DNA of 64,000 bases from Granulicella sp. (GTDB lineage: Bacteria > Acidobacteriota > Terriglobia > Terriglobales > Acidobacteriaceae): NCBI GenBank assembly GCA_965198515.1, contig CBDAPO010000005.1, positions 240,896 to 304,895 on the forward strand, written 5' to 3'. Of this stretch, positions 47,631 through 56,478 are shown piece after piece. The notes beneath the pieces are model-generated. The model ran no database searches and was not told the DNA's origin. It worked only from the letters and a program-made list of their open reading frames with translations. Every line of letters begins with the position of its first letter. The stretch's first letter is position 1. The position numbers were made by a program, and so were the translations under genes.

Positions 47631-49064
47631 TCAGCTGCCCGCGACCGTCATGCCTTCCACGCGCACGGTCGGCACCGCCCCGGATCCACGCCATTCCAGG
47701 TCGTTGCCGATCGCGCTGACGTTGCGGTACATGTCTTTCAGGTTGCCGGCAATCGTGATCTCCTCCACGGGGAACGCGATCTCGCCATCCTCAATCCACA
47801 ATCCGCTTGCACCCTGCGAGTAGTCGCCAGTGACCAGGTTGACGCCGAAGCCCATGGTGCTCAGCACCAGCAACCCGCGCTGCACGCCGCGCACGATCTC
47901 CTCATGACTTTGTGTGCCGGGCTCTAGAAAGAAGTTGCCGCCGCCGATGCCCGGCGCGCCTGACATGCCGCGCGAAGCCTTTGCATTCGACTGCATGCCG
48001 AGCTTGCGCGCCGTGTAGGTGTTCAGCATCAGCTCTTTCAACACGCCGCGCTCTACCACCACGGTGCGCCGGGTGGGCAGGCCGTCTCCGTCGAACGGCG
48101 AGGTGCCAAAGCCGCCTACCTGCAGCGTTGAGCCATCCGGCAGTGTGTGCGAAAAGACCATTGTTCCGTCGTCGACGATGGTGATGTTTTCCCCTGCGAC
48201 CTGCTCGCCCAGCTTGCCGGCGAACATGCTCGCGTTGCGGTAGATTGCGTCGCCGTTCGCTGCACTCAGGAGGCTGCCCATCAGGCCGCGGGCGGCTTCC
48301 GGCGGAAAGATGACCGGAACCTGCTGGGTGGGCACGCGCCGTGCACCCAACAAGCGGAGGGAGCGCCTGGCGGCCTCGCGGCCCACGGCCTCGGGATCTT
48401 CCAGCAGGCGAGCTGTGCGCGCACTGGAGTACCAGTAGCCGCCCTGCATGCCACTTTCATCCTGTGCGATGGGCGCAGCGGAAAAGCCCACGTACGAGCG
48501 CCGGTACTCGCCGGTAAAGCCGCGGGAATTCATCATCACGCGGTGCGCCCAGGAGCAGTCAAAGCTGGCACCTTTGGAGTTCTGGATGCGCGTGTCAAAG
48601 CCCATCGCTGCGGCCTCGCAACGCCGGGCAATCTCGATGCGCTCGGGGGCGGGGATCGCGTTGGCATCCTCGAAGTAGAGCGCTTGCGTGGCGGGGTCGT
48701 GCTGCCCGAAGGCGTCGCTCTCCGGCAGACCCGCGAAGGGGTCGACGCCAGTAACTCTGGCGAGTTCCACGGCGCTTGAAACCAGCCGGGCGATGCCGGC
48801 CTCGCTCAGGTCGGAGGACGTGGTCGACGCGGTACGCTGGCCGCCCTCAGCTGCGCAGAAGACGCGTAGCCCGATGGCCCGGGAGCCGGCCTCGGTCAGT
48901 TGCTCCACCTCACCGAGGCGGACGTGTACGTTGAACTCTTCGCCTTCATAGATGACGACTTCGGCGTCCGATGCGCCCGCCCGCAAGGCGCGATGGAGAG
49001 CCTGCTCCGCGAGGGTGCGCAAGGCAGGCCCGGCATGTTGTGCTGTGTCGTTACGATCCGCCAT
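47631..49064 (-). CDS. pmbA: TldE/PmbA metalloprotease subunit
   Basis: IGLRVF, SPFDGDGLP, GVNLVTGDYSQGASG, EEITIAGNLKD; no HExxH. Confidence 0.92.
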   Translation of the reverse strand: MADRNDTAQHAGPALRTLAEQALHRALRAGASDAEVVIYEGEEFNVHVRLGEVEQLTEAGSRAIGLRVFCAAEGGQRTASTTSSDLSEAGIARLVSSAVELARVTGVDPFAGLPESDAFGQHDPATQALYFEDANAIPAPERIEIARRCEAAAMGFDTRIQNSKGASFDCSWAHRVMMNSRGFTGEYRRSYVGFSAAPIAQDESGMQGGYWYSSARTARLLEDPEAVGREAARRSLRLLGARRVPTQQVPVIFPPEAARGLMGSLLSAANGDAIYRNASMFAGKLGEQVAGENITIVDDGTMVFSHTLPDGSTLQVGGFGTSPFDGDGLPTRRTVVVERGVLKELMLNTYTARKLGMQSNAKASRGMSGAPGIGGGNFFLEPGTQSHEEIVRGVQRGLLVLSTMGFGVNLVTGDYSQGASGLWIEDGEIAFPVEEITIAGNLKDMYRNVSAIGNDLEWRGSGAVPTVRVEGMTVAGS

Positions 49065-49103
49065 ACACCGCTATTGTCGCAGGCGCGTGACTTGCTGCGT
49101 TGC

Positions 49104-49673
49104 CTAGTCCCGGATGAACATGGCGGTTTCCGGACTGCCGCCCTTGCTCGCGATCACGCGCACGTTGTCGCCCTTGGACGGGGAAAACTTGTCCGCTGGT
49201 ACGGCGCCGTTCATGCTGTCGGCCATGGCCTTGGGGTCAATCTGAAAGGTTTGCTCCTTGCCGGTGCTGTCCTTTACTGAGATCTGGTGGCTGTGCTTGT
49301 TGAACTTGGTCACCGTTCCTTCCACCGTGTCGAATGGACCGGCCCCGAGGTCCTGGATGGCAACCGCCGTGCGCACGCTGTTGTTGCCATAGAAGTACAC
49401 GACCACCTGCTCGCCCGTTTTGCTGAAGCTGGAAACTGGCGTGGTGCGGTCCTTGACGTCCCGGTCGAAGCTGACCTCGGTGGCGCCCTGCTTGGCGGGG
49501 TAGCTGAACGTCCCCTCCGAGCCGTCGTTGGTGGTCACCTGGATCGTTCTGGCCGCTGGGTCCACCTTGGTTACGGTGCCGCTCAGGGCGTGCACGATCT
49601 CCTGGGCTGCCGCCGTCCCGGCGCACAGCAGCGCCGCTGACAACGCAATGACTGCTCCGCTTGCATACCGCAT
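49104..49673 (-). CDS. Exported protein with two OB-fold-like beta repeats
   Basis: GGAGG RBS; signal peptide; SGTVTKVDPAARTIQV and EGTVTKFNKHSHQISV repeats. Confidence 0.8.
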   Translation of the reverse strand: MRYASGAVIALSAALLCAGTAAAQEIVHALSGTVTKVDPAARTIQVTTNDGSEGTFSYPAKQGATEVSFDRDVKDRTTPVSSFSKTGEQVVVYFYGNNSVRTAVAIQDLGAGPFDTVEGTVTKFNKHSHQISVKDSTGKEQTFQIDPKAMADSMNGAVPADKFSPSKGDNVRVIASKGGSPETAMFIRD

Positions 49674-49684
49674 GTCAATCCTCC

Positions 49685-49798
49685 GCCTGCGTCTTGACCT
49701 TTGATCGCAGATCAGACAGGCATTTTGTAACGAGAGGAATATACATCTTGACACGATACATCTGCAAGGAAAACTTCGCGCCCCGCAAAGACGCAGGC
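49685..49798. promoter_or_regulatory. AT-rich promoter segment bounded by 11-bp inverted repeats
   Basis: GCCTGCGTCTT (49685-49695) / AAGACGCAGGC (49788-49798); minus-strand TTGCAG-18-TATATT; plus-strand TTGACA-17-AAACTT; ATACATCT direct repeat at 49741 and 49756. Confidence 0.6.
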
Positions 49799-49837
49799 AA
49801 AGGGCGGTCCCTCGCGGGTCCGCTGCCTCGTTTTGCC

Positions 49838-50152
49838 TTATTGGACGGGGTTTAGCGACAGCCTCGGCTCGCGTCCGTCCTTGGCTTGCTGGAAATACAG
49901 GCCGGAAGGGCAGTACTCGGAGTCTGCACGATGGAGGTGCTCGGCATGCGAGGCTGCGCCGTGCGCCACCTTGCGCTTGTGCAGCTTTACAGAGCCATTG
50001 CAGTCCTTGCAGCGAAACTCGGTATCGTTGTCGTCCAGTGCGTCCTGCACGGACTTTACTTTCCAGAAGCTTTCATACCCCGTTGCTCCTGTACGCCGGC
50101 GCCGTCTGCGAACTTCGCACTCGTAGATGACTTCTTTCTTCGTTCCCGTCAC
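49838..50152 (-). CDS. Small zinc-finger protein (CoiA N-terminal-like pattern)
   Basis: AAGGAG RBS 12 nt after tldD stop; FRCKDC..SHAEH..YC; poly-Arg stretch. Confidence 0.8.
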   Translation of the reverse strand: MTGTKKEVIYECEVRRRRRRTGATGYESFWKVKSVQDALDDNDTEFRCKDCNGSVKLHKRKVAHGAASHAEHLHRADSEYCPSGLYFQQAKDGREPRLSLNPVQ

Positions 50153-50164
50153 ATAGCTCCTTGC

Positions 50165-51631
50165 TTACTGTCCAGTTCCGCCCACGGTCATGCGGTCTAA
50201 CTTGATGGTGGGCATACCTACGCCCACCGGTACGCTCTGCCCGGCTTTGCCACAGGTGCCGATACCTTCGTCGAGCGCAAGATCATTGCCCACCATCGAC
50301 ACATGCTTGAGCGACTCGGGCCCATTGCCGACCAGGGTTGCCCCCTTCACCGGGGCGGTCACTTTGCCGTCCTCGATCAGGTAGGCCTCGCTCGCGGTGA
50401 AGACGAATTTGCCTGTTGTGATATCTACCTGGCCACCGCCGAAGTTGACGGCATAAAGGCCGCGTTTGACGCTGCGCAGGATGTCGGCCGGATCGTCCTC
50501 GCCGTTGAGCATGTAGGTGTTGGTCATGCGCGGCATGGGGATCGCCTGGTAGCTTTCACGGCGCCCGCTGCCGGTGTTGGGCATGCCCATCAGCCGCGAA
50601 CTGAGTTTGTCGCTGAGGTAGCCGCGCAGAATGCCGTTTTCGATCAGTACGGTTTCCTGGGTCGGATTGCCCTCGTCGTCCACGTTCAGCGATCCGCGCC
50701 GGCCCGGCATGGTGCCGTTATCGACGACCGTGACCTTGCTGGACGCGACCTGGCGCCCGATGAGGCCGGCAAAGGCGGATGTCTTCTTGCGGTTGAAGTC
50801 GGCTTCAAGCCCATGGCCTACGGCTTCATGGAGCAGCACGCCGGGCCAGCCAGGGCCCAGGACGACTTCCATCTCGCCGGCCGGTGCCGCCTTGGCCCCG
50901 AGCTGCAGCAGCGCCGTGCGTGCGGCCTCCTCGGCAAAGTGCTCCGGGCTTTTGTCGCCGGTGAAAAAGTCGAGCGTAACGCGACCACCGCCGCCAGAGG
51001 TGCCGCGGGCTACTTCGCCGCTTGCGTCCTTGGCGATCACGAAGACGTTGAAGCGTGCGAGCGGCTGTGTGTCGCTGGCAAAGGTGCCGTCGCTGGCGGC
51101 GATCAGGATGCGGCGAAGCTCGTCATTGAGCCCGGCGCGGACCTGGACGATGCGCGGATCGAACGCCCGGGCCGCGCGATCTGCGCGTGCGATGAGGTCG
51201 AGCTTGGTGGCGATCTCGGCGTCCACGGTGGCGCCAGCCACCGGGTACAACTGCGGTGCCGGCCGCTCCGTAAAGCCCTGCACGCGCTCCGTTTGCGGGC
51301 CGCTGGCAATGAGCGCTGCCGTGCGTGCAGCCTTCAAGAGGCGCTCGGGCGACAGGTCATCGGTGTAGGCGAAGCCGGTGCGCTCACCGGAAAGCACGCG
51401 TACGCCGCAACCCACGCTGATACCCTCGGCCGCGGTCTTCACGATGCCTTCGTCCACGCCCAGCGAGGTGGACGTAACGGACTCGAAGTACAGGTCCGCA
51501 AACTCGCCGCCGGCACTCAGGGCTTCGCCAAGGCAACGTTCCAGCAGCCGCTCGCTCAGCCCGAGCGTGTCGAAAAAGTAGCGCTTGTGATCATATGCAG
51601 GCTGCAAAAGAGAGGAGGGAAGAGCCGCCAT
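50165..51631 (-). CDS. tldD: TldD metalloprotease subunit
   Basis: LLHEAVGHGLEADFNRK, VDDEGNP, PMPRMTNT, GTCGKAGQSVPVG. Confidence 0.95.
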   Translation of the reverse strand: MAALPSSLLQPAYDHKRYFFDTLGLSERLLERCLGEALSAGGEFADLYFESVTSTSLGVDEGIVKTAAEGISVGCGVRVLSGERTGFAYTDDLSPERLLKAARTAALIASGPQTERVQGFTERPAPQLYPVAGATVDAEIATKLDLIARADRAARAFDPRIVQVRAGLNDELRRILIAASDGTFASDTQPLARFNVFVIAKDASGEVARGTSGGGGRVTLDFFTGDKSPEHFAEEAARTALLQLGAKAAPAGEMEVVLGPGWPGVLLHEAVGHGLEADFNRKKTSAFAGLIGRQVASSKVTVVDNGTMPGRRGSLNVDDEGNPTQETVLIENGILRGYLSDKLSSRLMGMPNTGSGRRESYQAIPMPRMTNTYMLNGEDDPADILRSVKRGLYAVNFGGGQVDITTGKFVFTASEAYLIEDGKVTAPVKGATLVGNGPESLKHVSMVGNDLALDEGIGTCGKAGQSVPVGVGMPTIKLDRMTVGGTGQ

Positions 51632-51673
51632 CCCTTTATTGTACGGCCCTGCGCAGGTTACCTATGGGTAAGG

Positions 51674-52597
51674 TCAGCGTCCGTGCGAGGGATCGGCACT
51701 CGCGGCGACGTCCATATCGAGAAACATCTGCGGGTATCCAGGCGCATAACAATTGCCATCGGCAGCGTACGTTTTGCCGCAGCTTTGCGTGATCTCCGGT
51801 CGCCGCGGTGACTGGGCGTATTGCCAGGCGATGATGCCTGCATCGGGTGCAGCGCTCAGCGGTTTAGGCTGCAAGGTGCAACCTGGCGCCGGCGGGCACT
51901 GGTCCAGCGCGTCGAGGATGGCGACCTCATGCAGCTTGCCGGCCTTTACTTGGGCGCGAATGTCCTGGATGGTGTCGATGGTCGCGCCGGGGGAGTCCTG
52001 CACGGCCTGGCCGCTCGCATACGCGCCCGGTTGAAAGCCGCTGCCGGCAACGGCCTCGGTCCAGCCCAGCAGATAAGCGGCCTGCTCGGGAAGCAGACGT
52101 CCACCTTCTTCCTGGTCGAGAAAGATCACCGTATGCGCGGGAAAGCCTTCGCGATGGGCGCTGGCGACGGCGATGGCGGCGTCCTGCCGGCCAAGGTCTC
52201 CGGGCCTCGTGCCGGCCTTCTGCGCGTTCAGGATCTCGGCATCGAGACGGCCGTTGGCGAGCACAAGAAAGCCCCATCCCTGTTGAACCAAGAGTGCCCG
52301 CTTGCCAACCCAGGTGTTGGCGTTTTCGCCGGGCGGGTTGGTCAGCCAGTATCCGGTAAAGGCGAAAGGATCTGGCGCTTTGCGCAGGCTTGCCATCACG
52401 TCGTCGCCGGGGTAGTCATTGCGATCGAAGCCGCGATATTGGCCCGTGTTCGTGCGGCCGCTCGCGACGTCTGCAGCCGGTTGTGCTGCCGAGGTCTGCT
52501 GCCCTTGAAGGGCGGCGGGAGTTGACGGCGAGACCGCGCGTGAGCAGCCTGAAAGCACAAGGACCAAACCACCCAGAACGGCACAGCAGGAACGCAT
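51674..52597 (-). CDS. DUF1906 (GH25-like) lipoprotein
   Basis: Lipobox LSGC; GFDRNDYPG, IFLDQEEGG, AWQYAQSP. Confidence 0.8.
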   Translation of the reverse strand: MRSCCAVLGGLVLVLSGCSRAVSPSTPAALQGQQTSAAQPAADVASGRTNTGQYRGFDRNDYPGDDVMASLRKAPDPFAFTGYWLTNPPGENANTWVGKRALLVQQGWGFLVLANGRLDAEILNAQKAGTRPGDLGRQDAAIAVASAHREGFPAHTVIFLDQEEGGRLLPEQAAYLLGWTEAVAGSGFQPGAYASGQAVQDSPGATIDTIQDIRAQVKAGKLHEVAILDALDQCPPAPGCTLQPKPLSAAPDAGIIAWQYAQSPRRPEITQSCGKTYAADGNCYAPGYPQMFLDMDVAASADPSHGR

Positions 52598-52675
52598 CGC
52601 AAACTCCTCGGGTTAGACTACAGCCCAAGCCCGGGCTTCCACCCGAGGGCAGAACACCCTTCAGGGACACAATCG

Positions 52676-53218
52676 ATGTCGACCATGTCTGTACCCGCGC
52701 AAGACCCTCGCTATCCCATTGGCCGCTTCACGCCGCCGAGGCCCATCACGCAGGAGGATCGTCGTTATGCGGTGCTTGCCATTGCGGAGTTGCCGGAGCA
52801 GATGCGCGAGGCGGTGCGGTCGCTCGATGATGAACAGCTGAACACGCCGTACCGCGAGGGTGGATGGACGGTGCGCCAATTGGTGCACCACGTTGCCGAC
52901 TCGCACATGATTGCGTTCTACCGTCTGCGCCGTGCGCTCACCGAAGACTGGCCTGAGATCCAGGGCTACAACGAGAAGGGCTTTGCCGTGCTGCCTGACG
53001 TGACCGCGCCCGTGGAGTGGTCGCTGGAGATCATCGAAAGCGTGCACGCGCGTTGGGTTATGGTGCTGCAGAGCCTTGTGGAAGAGCAGTGGACGCGCGG
53101 TTTCAAGCACAATGAGCGAGGCCCGATGCAGCTCGATCTCGTAACGATGCTCTACGCGTGGCACTCAAGGCACCATGTGGCACACATCACGCACCTGCGC
53201 ACCTTGAACAACTGGTAA
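52676..53218 (+). CDS. YfiT-family thiol transferase (DinB superfamily)
   Basis: RYPIGRF, TPYREGGWTVRQLVHHVADSH, YAWHSRHHVAHI. Confidence 0.9.
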   Translation: MSTMSVPAQDPRYPIGRFTPPRPITQEDRRYAVLAIAELPEQMREAVRSLDDEQLNTPYREGGWTVRQLVHHVADSHMIAFYRLRRALTEDWPEIQGYNEKGFAVLPDVTAPVEWSLEIIESVHARWVMVLQSLVEEQWTRGFKHNERGPMQLDLVTMLYAWHSRHHVAHITHLRTLNNW

Positions 53219-53284
53219 CGGGGCTGCGGCTCCTGCCACTTGCGTGTGAGTTGACCGAGGCGGCGGTGATGATAGCGTGGCGAC

Positions 53285-55228
53285 ATGCCGCCGCCCGGAG
53301 CTGTACCCGCGGACATCGCCGACGTACCCACGCAATCTGCCGAACAGATCGGCCACAGGCTGCAGTTGTTCCTCGAGGAGCACAAGGAAGCTGCCGTGCT
53401 GGAAGACGGCAAGGTCGTCTTCGAACTGCCGGAGGCAAAGCATCGCATCGTCGTCGAGAATGGCCGCTGTGCGCTGCAACTCTGGAGCGGCGAGCGCAAC
53501 CTTGTGCGCACGATTGTTGCGGCTGCTGAACGCAACGGCTCGCTGCGGCTAAGCACAAAGCGTTTCGGGCATACGCAAACCAAGACCCTCGTCCTTACTG
53601 CGCAGGTGCAGCGGCGTGAACCGGCCCGCCGCGAACCGGCACGGCAGGCATACCTGCGATTGCTGCAGCGGGTGCTTGTGCGTGAGTTCCCGGACTGGCA
53701 GCTGGATGGCTTCCGCGCGGCAATGGACCTGGAGCGCTCGTTCGGTCCGGCCTATGCGCGTGGCTCCATGGTGCGTGGGGGCGAGGCCTGGGCCGTGATC
53801 GGCATCGGCGCAATGGAATCGCAGGCCATCGTTGACGGCGTGCTCACGCTTGGCATTCTGTGGCTGCACCACTGCCGCGAGCGCAGCAACGGCAGCCCAC
53901 TTTACAAGGGCCTGCGTGTCGTTGTGCCGCGCGGGCTAGCGATGGTGACGCTGGCGCGGCTGGCCTGGATGAACAGCACGGCGGCGCAGTGGGCCTTGTA
54001 TGAGCTGGACGAGCGCGCGGAAGATTTGCTGGAGCGCGACGTCGCTGACCAGGGCAATGTACAGACCCGGCTGGTCCACCATCCCGACGAAGCTGCGGCG
54101 CGAGAACGGTTTGCTCCGGCGCTGGAGCAGCTTGCGGCGCTGCTGCCGGCGGGCGAAGAGCACCGTGTAGAGCAACGTCTCCGCAGCACCGCCGAGTTGG
54201 CCTTTTTGCTCCACGGGCTCGAGTTTGCGCGCGCAAGGATTTCCCTTGCCCCGGGCAGCTTTACGCATGTGTTGGAGCTTTCGGTCGGCGTGGGCGCAGA
54301 AGAAACGGCGCTCCAATCCGGAAACCGTGAAGAGATCAAGAAGCATCTGGCTGAACTGTTTCGCCGCCGCCAAGCGCATGCTGGCAGTCACGGCAGGACG
54401 CTTCGTCCGCACACACCGGGGCGGGGCATCGGCATGTTCACGGGCCGGCCGGCGCATACACGTGCAGTGGGTGTCGCTGCCGCCGTTGCCAGCTCCGGTG
54501 GTCTTTCGCGGTTGGAGGCCAGGGAGCGTGCGCTCGCCGCGCAGCAGGACCCGCTCTTCCGGGCCGCACCGGAGCGCTGGCTGGAATCAGTGCTGCGTGA
54601 GAACCTTGCGCCCTTAACGCGCTCGCTTGGGCCAGCTCCTGCCGCGGTACGAACGTCCGAGATGCGCACCGCTGAGGACGTCGATCCCGACACCCTGGGC
54701 AACCGTGCGACGCGCCCGCAAAGTGGATGGGGCTGGGGACCAGGACGCAGCCCGCGCGCAAGCGAGCGACTGATCCCGCGCTTCGACCCACGTTATGTGT
54801 ATACGCAGGTGCCGGCCATCGCAGGCGCGGGCGACCGCGGCATGTTGGACCTGCTCGGCGTCACCGAAGATGGCCGCCTTGCCGTCATCGAAGTCAAGGC
54901 GTCAGACGATCTGCAGCTTGCGCTACAGGGGCTGGATTACTGGATTCGCGTGCGCCATCACCATGCATCCACGCTCGACCCGGCGACAGGCACGCCCTCG
55001 GGTGTGAACGATCTGCAGCGTCATGGCTATTTTCGTGAGGTGGAGCTTTCGCCGTTGCCGCCGAGGCTGTTTCTTGTGGCGCCGGCGTTGCATATTCACC
55101 CGGCTACCGAGACGATCCTGCGTTACGTGTCGCCACGTGTGGAGTGGACGTTGCTGGCGCTGGATGAGCGCTGGCGGCAAGAGGTCCGCGTGGTCTGGCG
55201 CAAGAGTGGCGGCACAGGCACCAAGTAG
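53285..55228 (+). CDS. Large hypothetical protein with C-terminal PD-(D/E)xK nuclease domain
   Basis: LDLLGVTEDGRLAVIEVKAS..QGLDYW (D..ExK plus QxxxY). Confidence 0.8.
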   Translation: MPPPGAVPADIADVPTQSAEQIGHRLQLFLEEHKEAAVLEDGKVVFELPEAKHRIVVENGRCALQLWSGERNLVRTIVAAAERNGSLRLSTKRFGHTQTKTLVLTAQVQRREPARREPARQAYLRLLQRVLVREFPDWQLDGFRAAMDLERSFGPAYARGSMVRGGEAWAVIGIGAMESQAIVDGVLTLGILWLHHCRERSNGSPLYKGLRVVVPRGLAMVTLARLAWMNSTAAQWALYELDERAEDLLERDVADQGNVQTRLVHHPDEAAARERFAPALEQLAALLPAGEEHRVEQRLRSTAELAFLLHGLEFARARISLAPGSFTHVLELSVGVGAEETALQSGNREEIKKHLAELFRRRQAHAGSHGRTLRPHTPGRGIGMFTGRPAHTRAVGVAAAVASSGGLSRLEARERALAAQQDPLFRAAPERWLESVLRENLAPLTRSLGPAPAAVRTSEMRTAEDVDPDTLGNRATRPQSGWGWGPGRSPRASERLIPRFDPRYVYTQVPAIAGAGDRGMLDLLGVTEDGRLAVIEVKASDDLQLALQGLDYWIRVRHHHASTLDPATGTPSGVNDLQRHGYFREVELSPLPPRLFLVAPALHIHPATETILRYVSPRVEWTLLALDERWRQEVRVVWRKSGGTGTK

Positions 55229-55236
55229 CGCGGCAG

Positions 55237-56205
55237 CTACGGTTGCAGCACCCGGATCACCTGGGCCGCGCCGTGCGTACGTATCGTGTGCGCGCCGCTA
55301 TTGGCGGGCAGAACAAGAGCTGCGCCTCGCGGCACCTCCAGGGGCTCGCCCTTGTCTGTCTCCAGGGAGGCACTTCCTGACAGACCGATGAGGATCTGCA
55401 GCTTGTCGGCATGGCCAAGTTGGGCACCCGTATTCGAGGGGAGATCAAAGCGATCGACGGCGAAGTACTCGCAGGACGCAAGCCGCGTGAAGCCGTCCAT
55501 CGCCACCGGTGCGACCAGTCCAGCCTGGGTGTCCGTCCGGGTCACGGCTGTTCCTGCGTCGACGTGCAGCTCGCGCGGGCGACCGTAGTCCCAAAGCCGA
55601 TAGGTGGTATCGCTGTACTGTTGCGTTTCCAGCACCACCATACCCGGCCCGATAGCGTGCACGGTTCCTGCATCGACAAACACCATGTCGCCGGCGTTCA
55701 CCGGAATCATGCGCAGTTTTTCTTCCAGCGTGCCATCCTGAATGGCTGATCGCACGTCCGCCGGCGTGAGCGCTTCCTTGAAGCCGGCGGCCACCTGCGC
55801 TCCCGGCTCCGCAGACAGCACATACCAGCACTCTGTCTTGCCGCGGGGCATCCCAAGCGCACGTGCCTGCGCGTCGTCGGGGTGCACCTGCACAGAAAGC
55901 TTTTCTCGCGGGAACAGGAGCTTGATCAACAGAGGGAAGCCCTCGTGCTGCGCATCGCCGAACGGCTCCGGGGCAGCAGATGTGACCTGCGCCAGCGACC
56001 TGCCCGCCAAGGGTCCTTTCGATACCTTGCAGTCTTCCGCCGTCAGCCAGATCTCACCAACAGGCGCGCCTTGCACCACGGCGCTATGCCATGGCGACAG
56101 GTCCTGAACACCCCAGATGCGCTCCACAAGCACGGGTTCCAGCAACACAGGTGACAGGGTGGAAGGGGCATCGGTGGGTGAGGATGTCTGGTCAGAGATG
56201 GGCAT
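55237..56205 (-). CDS. manA: Type I phosphomannose isomerase
   Basis: ERIWG, GEIW, PLLIKLL, LSVQVHPDD, GKTECW, AGTVHAIG, ETQQYSDTTYRLWDY. Confidence 0.93.
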   Translation of the reverse strand: MPISDQTSSPTDAPSTLSPVLLEPVLVERIWGVQDLSPWHSAVVQGAPVGEIWLTAEDCKVSKGPLAGRSLAQVTSAAPEPFGDAQHEGFPLLIKLLFPREKLSVQVHPDDAQARALGMPRGKTECWYVLSAEPGAQVAAGFKEALTPADVRSAIQDGTLEEKLRMIPVNAGDMVFVDAGTVHAIGPGMVVLETQQYSDTTYRLWDYGRPRELHVDAGTAVTRTDTQAGLVAPVAMDGFTRLASCEYFAVDRFDLPSNTGAQLGHADKLQILIGLSGSASLETDKGEPLEVPRGAALVLPANSGAHTIRTHGAAQVIRVLQP

Positions 56206-56247
56206 AGCGCAATGCGTTCAGTGTAACCGCGGGACGAGCCCATCCAT

Positions 56248-56261
56248 GTTGAAGCGTTTCA
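56248..56261. promoter_or_regulatory. LacI-family operator candidate in the manA/ROK divergent region
   Basis: GTTGAAGCGTTTCA; 12/14 identical to 59058-59071. Confidence 0.65.
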
Positions 56262-56478
56262 CTTCCGCCCTTCGTCAAACGTTCAACCTGGAGCGATGAC
56301 GCAGGTTCAGAGCGCATGATATCGTTCACAGCAATCGCCGCCCCATGTGCCCCATCTGTAGGAGAGTCGATGTGAAAAAGCCGCTAGCCCTTACCCCGTA
56401 CCGTGCGATCTGGGTTCGCCTCCGCACAGCAAGCAGTCAGCGGGGTTCCTCGATTGGTTTGTTCGGGAGAGCGTACCC

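Noticed and set aside
44986-47631. Shared GCTCGGGGGCG just after stop codons at 44986-45002 and 47615-47631
   Set aside because: Only 11 identical GC-rich bases, plausible by chance.
49726-49756. dif-like site (central TATACA) or oriC
   Set aside because: XerC and XerD arms match poorly, skew direction is opposite to a terminus, and no DnaA-box cluster is seen.
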